From positions 1,054,001 to 1,118,000 of the forward strand of contig OU015568.1 of the NCBI GenBank assembly GCA_907165135.1: a stretch of DNA of 64,000 nt, given 5' to 3'. The DNA comes from Oikopleura dioica (Eukaryota; Animalia; Chordata). Both the position numbers and the translations under genes were made by a program. The notes beneath the pieces were generated by a model. It did no database searches and was not told the DNA's origin. It worked only from the letters and a program-made list of their open reading frames with translations. Shown here piece by piece: positions 54,625 through 64,000 of the stretch; within the stretch, counting starts at the first letter, position 1; each line of letters begins with the position of its first letter.

Positions 54625-55217
54625 GACGCGCTTTTTTTAAGATGGGTCAAGTTATTTCACCGACTTCTTGATTTTAAACCCTGGAACACCATACATATTT
54701 GGAATCAGCAGGAAATTTTATGAACTTTGACCGTTTTAGTTTCTGAAATTTCCACTTCCGGTCGGATTCTAGAGCCGGAAGTTGACGAAATTTTTGAGTT
54801 TGGGCAACTTATTACTTATCAAATTGATGCTTAGAAGATTTTGAGTCATCTCATCTACAAATCATTTAAAAAGACCATCCCAACTGCGGTTTAACCGACC
54901 GGCAAAACAAGGAAAAATGACATAAATTTGTGATTTTTCTTTCAGTTTTTAGCGGTTGATTTGACCGCGGTCGGCATTGATTCTTCTCTCAGATGATAGG
55001 AAATTTTCTGAGAATCAATTTGATAGGTCACAAGCTGCCCAAACTCAAAAATTTCGCCAACTTCTGGCTCTAGAATCGGACCGAAAGTGGAAATTTCGGA
55101 AACTAAAACGGTCAAAGTTCATAAAATTTCCTGCTGATTCCAAATATGTATGGTGTTCCAAGGTTTAAAATCAAGAAGTCGGTGAAATAACTTGGCCCAC
55201 CTTAAAAAAAGCGCGTC
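54625..55217. mobile_element. MITE with ~190-bp TIRs and TAA duplication (Tourist/PIF-Harbinger-like)
   Basis: TAA|GACGCGCTTTTTTTAAG...CTTAAAAAAAGCGCGTC|TAA. The arms (about 54625-54810 and 55030-55217) are highly similar. Confidence 0.9.
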
Positions 55218-57152
55218 TAAGTATTATCTTTTCATGGATTAGTTGTAATAAACCAAACTGGTATGTGCATTGAGTTTCGTTCCGATGCTAATTCATCACC
55301 TTCAAATTCACACACAATAGTAAAATACTTATTTTCCTAAAAAAGAAAGAATATTATGGTTTATTTTATATCTTTGACAATTTTCGTCCGAATAGAGGCT
55401 CTAGAAATCCGAAAGATATGGAAATGTGATCCTTCCACCGGATCGAATTTGACAAGAAACATGAGCTCAAATCAATCGACTATCTTTTTCAACCTTCTGC
55501 TCTTTCGATAACCTTATCTATCAGTTCTTTATTGCGCTCTTATTCTGAAGCCAATTTCCCTAATCAACGAATAATTACAAACAAGAGATTTAATTGCGCG
55601 GTACTCAATCGAAAATAAATTCTCCGAGATGTTCCTTAGTTGATGCTGGAAACAATTGATAAAGAAAACATGAAAATTAATTTAGTTATAATTGTTTTCA
55701 AAGCGCACGGGCGTTGTTAGCACTAATTTTCTTTAGATAGAAAAAGAAGAGAGTACTCAAAAACTCGTCTAATAGAAATCAGTTGGAAGCCGCAAAGCAC
55801 TCATAAATTTAAATAAACAGCCCCGATCAAGAAGCGGAGGAAGGTGGGTAAGTTGGTACTAAGTGGTTGGCCACTTGACAGCTCCGGATGATTATCCCTC
55901 ATATGCAAGCAGGACTTCATTTTTTTGATGAAGACCTGCGCTGACAAGATATCCATGTAAGCCTCAAAGAGATCATCTTTATGTCGTTGTCTGTTATTTT
56001 TTTCTTCGTGATCAAAAGACAAAAAATTATATTGAGTGTGTCAGGAAACGGTTATTTTTGGAGTGAATTTAGTCAGTTCTTTGAAGCAGGATCGATGTCG
56101 TCGTTGATGGTCTCCCCGTAGATTTCATCCGCCTCATATATAATGACCGGCACATGGGATGCATCGAATGAAGCGGAACAACACATAAGTTTGACAAGGA
56201 AACCACCTTTTTTAAGAAAACCTATTGAAATTTTTTGAAAAAAATAATAAAACTATTGTTACCGTTTACAATCACGTCAATGTTTTTCATCATTATCTTG
56301 TGACTGAAATATTGAAATCTCTTTCAGACTTCTAGCGACACTATGAAAGTCATTCCAATAAAAAAACGCGGTTTGAATAGCGCAAAGATGTGCGAAATCA
56401 TAATCGTTTATTAAAATGACGGTTTTTTTTTACAAAAAGCCATTATTTCTAATGAATCACAAGATGGCTCGAATCATTTCTTCAAGTTCTTTTTGAGTTC
56501 TATCTGTAGGCTAAATTTATCTGCAATTCCCGAATAAGCATCGAACACGTCACTAAACAACCAAAAGAATGCTAGCTCTGGAAGTGCGCATTACAGAACA
56601 AACATAATTTTCCCTCGTCTGCAGCTTGAAGCACTTTGCAAGCAGAAGCAAATCAAGGAAAAATGCGCGTTCAAAATTTTTTCAAGCGCTTGACTCTTAG
56701 AACTCTGGGAAAAGAAAGAGTGAGAAAGGAGCCTTTCAATTTTGAGAAACAGGTATCTTTCAGGAACTGGCTTTTTACTTCCTTTGGGGAAAATGTTTAT
56801 TTTTATCAATTAATTCAGCATAAAAAGCCAAATACAAGAGCACAAGTTAAATCATCGCGAGACCCGGATCTGGGCTTGGGACGTCTCATCGGAATCTTGT
56901 GAGAATTTTCTGCGACCTTCAATTTTCATAACTTCATTTTCTTACTTCTACAAAATAAAACATTTCCATAATTAAATTAAAACAAACTATTCTTACCTTC
57001 AATCAGCATTTTCGTTTAACAAAGGACGGTATTGATTTTTTTATTGAGTAACCGTGACCTCGAGTCCGTTTTAAACTTGATTATTCATCAGTAAGCCACT
57101 GTATGTTCTGATCCACCCGAAAACAGACAGCTCCAAACAATACCAAGGTACA

Positions 57153-57615
57153 ATGCGAAATGACTTGGAAGACCCACCTTCTTATGTTACGTTTGGGAAT
57201 TCTAACGACGATTCCCTTCCTTCTTATGGTCAGGCAGTGAGAGAGAAAATTGAGTCTATGGTCTTGATACAGTCTCAAAGAGAAGAACGGGATTTTCTAC
57301 TGCGGCATAAACCACCAGGAATAAGAGATTAAGATAAAATAAAGTATCGTTTTTATTAATTCCTCATGTCTTTATCTTCTTCAAGAAAAAGTCTACAAGG
57401 TCCTTGCCCTTATTCTTTGTCCTGTACTTGGAATTGTCGCAGCGATTTTATATGCAAGAGCAAAGTCAGCTTACAGAAAAAGAGATTCTCGTTACGCTGA
57501 GCGAGAAGATTGTTTTGTTTCAGTAGCTAGATGTTCAATCTGCTGTGGAGTTATTTTGTTCGTCATTCCTGGAATGCTCTGCTTTGCCGGTCTTCTAGTA
57601 ATTTTTGTTTTATAA
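57153..57615 (+). CDS. CD225/dispanin-like (IFITM/PRRT-type) membrane protein with N-terminal PY motifs
   Basis: MRNDLEDPPSY...LPSY...HKPP | GA-AG intron 57319-57385 | EKVYKVLALILCPVLGIVAAILYARAKSAYRKRDSRYAEREDCFVSVARCSICCGVILFVIPG. The last exon is uncertain. Confidence 0.55.
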
Positions 57616-58163
57616 AATAGGCGAAGTTATTTTTTCCCTAGGTGACTGGATTTTTCTTTCCGGCAATCTTTTTTTGGTAAATTGATGGGAAACACTTCTT
57701 TACAATTTTCATCAAGGAAAATCTCTCAATTTGAGATTTTTTAAAACTTCTGCAATAAATGACACCCCGAATAAAAATTTCTAGTTAAAATTTTGTTAAA
57801 AATGGTCACAATTAAAAACTTTGAAGATCACGTGAGTGGTAATGCTTTCAAAGACAATATTTCTTTTGCTTGGATTACCCGTCGAAATCTTCCTGACTAG
57901 AGCGTCAGCAAAGCCTTTTTCTATTTATTTTAGAACGGGTTGATCCGGCGTGTTTTTTCGTCATTCAGAACTAGGAAAAAATCGCGGGGCACGTAAGATA
58001 ATGAAAGAAAGCAGAAAAAAATTCAAGCGGGGAGTCGTTTAAGGCGCGTTTGTCAAACTTCTTCGATAACAGCTTTCTAATTCTAGAGTCAGGCGCAGCG
58101 GGGGACAGTTATTTTCCTGGTAACACGAGTTCAATTTATATTTTGTAAGCGTCTAAATACTGC

Positions 58164-58379
58164 TGTAATGCTCTCTATACTAGACGGTTCTCTTTATCAG
58201 CTAGTCGTAGCCTCTAGTGTATCTTCAATAAAACACGAAACGGGAGTTTCCGATAAAAGCGTGTATTGCGCACTTTAACTGTGCTTGGACTGAAGCAGTG
58301 TTCGTAAAAGTGGCAGGGAAGAGCGCGGGGCGAGATCCCTATCAGATCTCTAACCGACTTTCAGCACTAAGACCTCACA
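58164..58379 (-). repeat. 3' LTR of the Tor-like element (216 bp)
   Basis: The minus strand reads TGTGAGG...CATTACA (TG...CA) and is immediately preceded by a purine-rich GGGGAG PPT-like tract. No second copy in the window. Confidence 0.65.
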
Positions 58380-60950
58380 GCTCCCCAGATTCTAGAGACG
58401 ATCGAGAATCTTCGGTTGAAGAGTTGAAGTCGGTGAGATGAGTCATCGTAGAAGTGCAGAAGGGAAAGGTGAAGGGAAAGGCAGCCAATCAGCTCAGCGC
58501 GGCGTCGGAATTGCACCAGCGTAGAGACGAAAAGTCGAGAAATGTCGGACGGAGATCGAACCATTTCCGGACAGCGGGGGCCAGAGCGTCAGAGCGCAAG
58601 AAGAAGTAGACTCACACCAGACGAGTTTTCTTTTGCAGAAAACTTCCCTTGTTCTACGAGTACTCTTGCGAGTGTGGTCAACTCGAATCAAGGAAGTTTT
58701 TTTCCTGATTCCACCACCAAAGACGCTCGGATTTCCGATGAAGGAAGAAAGATCAGCTGACGAAGAAGGTGAATACAAATGATGTCCATGTAGAGAGTCT
58801 GCCGCACATCCACGAGGAGCAGAAGTCGTCTTATCAGGTAAAACTTGAACATCATTTTCCACCAAGTCAGTCGAGCGAGGCGTAGTTGAAGTTGACGTAG
58901 AACGGGCGGGAGCGGTTGAATTTCCAGCAGTCGAGGGAAGAAGTGAAGCTGCATTTTGACGCTTCGGATCAGGCAACGAGTCGGGACTCGCCCTTTTCCT
59001 CTTTTTTTCTAGTAGACATGCCAGAGGTTGACAATTGCTTTTCAGCAGCCGGCCTCCCAACCTTTGGTATTTTTGCTAGAGGTTCAGGATACGAACCAGA
59101 AGCGCCGACCAGTAGATTTTGAGGCGAATCGGGATCATCGCCACAAATGAGCTCTTGTACAAGAGCCAGGTCGGATGGAGATTTGAGTTGATCATTGCGC
59201 GGTGGGACCAGACGCAGATGAGATCGGTGAGCCCAGTCACGAAAGTCGGCTCCGTCGACGATTTTGACGACAGTTTCTGAGGCGATTTCATAAGGGCCTA
59301 TCCAGTTACAGTTGGAATCTTTGGCTGCCTTAGTGACGGGTTGATAGAGATGGACCATATCGCCATATTTGAGAAGGCGATCACGATGTAGACGCCTATG
59401 TTGGCGTTCCAGAGCTAGATCAGCGGAGCGATTGGCGATTTTCGCTAGCTTCGAGAGCATTTGAATCCGCTTGCCATAAGTTTTAGGCGAATCGTAGCGT
59501 ACATCAGGGTCGTGTAGAGTATCAGGCAATGTGAAGAAAACCACCACTTTGACAATCGTGCGAGCAGCAACATTTGCTCGCTCCCCAGTGGAAACTCGAG
59601 CGACGGAAAATCGCGTGGATGTGTCGAGTTTAGTGCAGCACAAGCGCTTGCCAGCACAGCTGGGGAATTCGCCATTTGTCGGGATTCGGACGGGTCTGTA
59701 GAACAGGCCAAGCTCGTCAGTAGAACTTCCAGAGACGTCTTTATACTGGACACAAAGATGGGCGAGTTCATGAAGTTCGCTTCTATTGTGGTAATAAGAT
59801 GGAAGAACGAGCTCTTTCTGGCTTTGCAAGAAGCTCAGAAGGTCCGAGGTAGAGGTGTTGGGGCCTGGAGCAGGAGGTTTAAGCTGAATTTTGGCAGCTT
59901 GAGAGGGTTGAGATCGACGAGCGTCAGAAATATGAAAATCTGCGCTACTGGGGTTGCCAGAGTCGATCAGAAGCGCATTCCAGGGATCACGGGCGTACGA
60001 CTTGATCTTGAGAGCCTGTGTGTAGATTTCTGCTCCAGGGCTATCTCGTCGTTGAAAAATGTCTTTGGTACCAGTTCCACCAAATGGGACATTTGCGGCG
60101 TGATCGTTGACAGTACTGCTGATTAGTGGCGGCGCGTTGTGGCCATCTGTCACTAGAATGCGGGTTCCAGCGGATTTTGAATCGCTGAAATCGATGATAG
60201 CGCGGGGCTCGCCTCGGGCCTTAGTCTCGGAGTTGACGCCAGTGACAGTGAACTTGGAGCTCTGCAGGTGCTTCAAAAGTTCGTCAGGGATGTGCCATTT
60301 CGGCAGCCATTTTGGCAGGATAACATCGTCGGCGCCAGTGTCAAACATGCCGTTTTTGACGGTGAAGGTGTGTTCGGCGAGAGTGACTGTGAAGTCAGGT
60401 CTGGAAGGTTCCGAGAAGGTGAGTTGCGCGGAGGAAGTGGGTGGAGAGTTAGAGGTGCGTCGATCTAACTCTCGATCCGAAGAAACCTGATCGTTGTCAA
60501 CGGGAGAAGCGGAATCGGTGCCAGTAGCGGAGTCATAGACGTCAGCTGAGTCGTCAGAACTTTGGGTCTCGTTTTGATCAGTGCGAGAGGGTCCAGGTGA
60601 ATGTTCGAACTCCAATAAAGCCTTAATTCGGGCATTTATAAGCTTTTGGCGAGTTTTGATCGCTTCAGAAGCGGCTTTGAGTAGCGCAGGGTTGACGGCG
60701 AGAGCCATCAGGTGATCCACGATCTCGAACGTGAACTCAGTCAGCGTGTAGATGCAGCTGCATGAGTTGATTCGATCTTCGGAGAGGTTGAGCGCGTAAC
60801 AGGCGCTGGAAGAAGACATTTTGGCGGGCCAAACTGTCGTTGGAGATTGGGATCGGCGAAGTTCACGGGGTTTCGTTTGCGGAATTGATCAAAATCGGCG
60901 GCGCGGCATAACGGAATTGGCGGTAAGAGGTTCACAACAAGATATTGTAC
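58164..60950 (-). mobile_element. Internally deleted, 5'-truncated Ty3/gypsy (Tor-like) LTR retrotransposon
   Basis: 616-aa ORF 58969-60819 with retropepsin FDTGAD, integrase fragments (HELAHL-C, DTSTRF, LPDTLHD) and a GPY domain (WIGPYEI...WAHRSHLR). No YxDD RT motif. Broken downstream ORFs (possible env remnant), PPT and LTR. Confidence 0.85.
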
Positions 60951-61037
60951 CTTTACAAGGCGCTCAAGTAACTGGAAATTTCCTTGAGCGGCGCACGTGG
61001 CGAATTTTTCACGTGATGTGTGTGTTCCAGTTTTTGA

Positions 61038-61806
61038 TCATACTTGAGCAACTTCTTCTGGTGATAAAATTCCCATCGGCTGGTTTTCCTTGACTTTTTC
61101 CGCAAATCCTGCCATTGCTTCTTCTGGAAGACCATGCGCTTTTTGCCAAATTTCTGTCAGAACAGCAGCTGGATTGACGGTATTGACCCGGACTTCGTCG
61201 GCTGCAAGATTCCCGGCAAGAGTGACACTCATGTGATCCAGAGCCGCTTTTGTCATAGCATAGATCAAGTGGTCTTAAAAATCTCTTAAAAATTTGATCT
61301 CGACGGGGAGTATACTATTTGTTTGATAGGAGCTGCAAACAGAAGAGACATTGACGATGGCGCCTTTCGCCTTTTTCAGAAAAGGTAGAGCTTCTTGTAT
61401 CAGAAACATTGGAGCTTTGACATTCACAGCGAATAGCTTGTCTGTTTCGATTTCAGTCACTTGCTCGATGTTGCCTTGAGCGAGGAGGGCAGCATTGTTG
61501 ACAAGGACGTCGATTCCGCCGAAGATTTCGACAGTTTCTTTTATGACCCGCGGAATATCTAGAATCGGTGGTTAAGAAAACAGTCAAAATACTTTTTTTA
61601 AAATAGTTACCAGAAAGATTGGACAGCTCCATTTCCACCATGTGGACTCCTCCTGTCCCTATTTCTTTGATTTCATCGTAAACTCCTTGCAGTTTCTGTT
61701 TATTTCTTCCATGAACGACGACATTGTACCCTTTTCTTGCGAAAAGTCTAGCTGCTGCTGCACCAATGCCGCAAGAACTTCCAGTTACGATCGCTGTTTT
61801 TGGCAT
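61038..61806 (-). CDS. Classical short-chain dehydrogenase/reductase; canonical C-terminus not found
   Basis: TGSSCGIG Rossmann motif, VNNAA, IVNVSS, YAMTK, VRVNTVNP, ...PEEVAQ, after which the sequence abuts the retroelement. Confidence 0.9.
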
Positions 61807-64000
61807 CTCTTATGAATTCATGTTTTTGGTTTAAAAACGGATCAGTTTTTGTCCAAATATTAGCTTGAACTCGAAGCAATGGAGGGCAACCGTGTTTACT
61901 TGAGAAATATTGAACCCGGTAACTGTTGACCTGAGCGAAAATACCTTATACAGTTGTTACAGTAAGAAGGAGCAAGAAAAGAAGTAAACATTTTGGAAGG
62001 CTGGTTATTTGGAAGAAACATTCTCAATATGCGTAAATTGTTATGCCACGTGACAGGGCAAAATGTCAGCCTGGCTGACAATGCTGAGGGTCGGCTGAAT
62101 TTTTTAACGTGTAGCGTCAAAACCACGTGTATATCAATTCAGGTGTTCTGTTTCGTTTCTGGTTTTTGCACGATAATTTGCGGCAATAAATCGGCATTTT
62201 TCAAAGATTTTTTACCTAATCAAAATCAATCGAAAATTGCATCTACAATTCGATCCTTCACCTTACTTCTCCGGTAACCAAATTCTGTGTGCGAAAATCT
62301 CTCAAGCCCATAATGGTAATGGCATCTTCGGGTGAACAGGGCGGCACACCGCGCGAAAGAGATTGCGGTGCAAAATTAGACCATGCGCGGAAACGTGGTG
62401 CCGTTTACTCTCAACGGGGTCATCAATACATTCTTATCGGTTTCCCCCGACTTTTTAGACCACTTCGCTGCGATAACCTTTTGAATCAACAGTTTCTAGA
62501 GCAACACAAGCCGCTGCTGCTAAATCACTCCGTGTGCGCCACTTTGTTCGGGGCTAATCCCGCATCAAAATTCACCAGTTGCGGTAACTTGTTCATCCCC
62601 ATCGGAGGATCATCCCTTAGCTCGGAATTTTAGGCCTCAGACAGAGCGGAAAGATTAGCGAAGATTAGCACTGAATCAAGAGACCTTTTCGAAATCTAAA
62701 AGCCACAGACTTTGGTCAACGCATCTTTAGATTGCCTTTGTTTCTCAAAAATATACAGTTAATTCTCGATAAAAATGACACTGCACCTTTTGTTCAAGAA
62801 AAGTAGTTTCCTGCTAGCCCTGTTCGTTAATTACAACCTTGGATCAAACTTTGGCCTGAGTAAACGTCCAAACATCCCAATTACTGATCTGGCATCTGGC
62901 TCTTGAATTTCATAAGCAGCTTCGAGTGCCTGGAATAATATTTTATCATGTCTCTTTCGTACCCGACAAGAGAAAAAATCATGTTCTTGCGTCACCCGCT
63001 TTATTTTTGCAAAAAAATGACTCCATCAAAAAACTCAATGATCAACTTGAAAATGGATAAGAACTGTCTTCCTGCATTTCTTCTGACTGTCATTTATTCG
63101 TTCAGTGAAAGAATGCCAGGTTACAAACAGCAAGGTTGAAATTGCGAGTGCCACAGAAAACACATTACTCGATTACTTCGATATTAATGAACTCACTAAT
63201 GGGTGACACCTTTCCGTATAAAAAAGAAGGAAGAGCGGCCTTCGCTATTCAACAGTTTCTTTTTTGTAGAAGAAAAAGATGAAACTTTCAATAATTTTTG
63301 CCTCTTTCGCTTCTTTTACCAACGCTAGTGGTCCACGCCGTCCAGGACGCTTTTCTCAGAATAAGGTACTGCTCCTTCTCAAATTCTTCTAACCAGCTTC
63401 TTTTTCAGTTCGGCTTATCAGGATATCAATCATTTGACCGAAACAACAAATTCGGCGGATTTTGACGAGATAACCATGTGATTTTATGTCTTGCTGTTCA
63501 ATAAACCGAAAAATCTAAAAATGAGATTCTTCCTTGATTTCAAGGCCATTGTGATAAGAGTTTAATCATTCGAACCCGTCATTGCTGACTATTGGAAAGT
63601 TTTGTTCGTTTCGATGATGTGGTTTAACCGCGTCATAAACTTCAGTAGTCTTCTTTGGTCAGAATTAAATTTGAATAAATATCAAAGCAGGAGGAAGACA
63701 ATTTTGGAGTTCATAAAAGTTGTGGCATACACCCTAGATTCTATTAGAGAGCATCGAAATCGATCATCTCAGGGAAACCATTTTTGCTAGTAGCTGCCTT
63801 TGGCGGTCTTATTGAGAGTGCCTTAGTTGACAACTTTGATTTTTCAGCGACCCGAAAACTCTCAAAAGAGGACTGCGTGTAAGCTGAAACTGTTATTTTA
63901 TGTAATTTTTTACGAGAAAAAATAGTGACGCGGATATTTATGAAATTTGCCTTTCCGATTGCCGATTGAAAAATAGGGAGTGCCTTGCTAGCTGTGGCGA

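Noticed and set aside
62230-62700. Possible decayed non-LTR RT motifs on the minus strand (LLDFEK.x.DSV, RGVP)
   Set aside because: Needs frameshifts, has several stops and no YADD; too weak to call by eye.

Overview
Gene-dense eukaryotic (animal) DNA with very short introns (mostly 35-70 nt), at least one frame-supported GA-AG intron, and a Tor-like Ty3/gypsy relic. Together these point to the larvacean tunicate Oikopleura (inference, not a database match). About 25 intron-containing genes can be read by eye. They include an M14B and an M14A carboxypeptidase, a CUB protein, a cytochrome-b5/desaturase-like protein, a PLAC8-like protein, two degenerate PLA2-domain proteins, a VWA type-I membrane protein, a trypsin-like protease, an astacin, NT5C2, an arylsulfatase, a multi-CBM GH10 xylanase, a CREC/HDEL protein, an SLC22 transporter, a dispanin-like protein and an SDR. 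Mobile DNA comprises four MITE-like elements, a Penelope-like fragment and a deleted LTR element. The main observations are: (1) two hammerhead ribozymes in the inverted arms of the Penelope-like fragment; (2) recurrent chains of overlapping micro-palindromes with 1-nt loops that look like snap-back repair scars, one of which frameshifts the astacin just before its Met-turn; (3) a ~440-bp palindrome whose two strands carry homologous Pro-rich ORFs from symmetric ATGs; (4) an LTR-element pol ORF that appears to have lost RT and parts of integrase yet stays open for 616 codons. All domain calls are by-eye motif recognition, and exon boundaries and gene ends are approximate.
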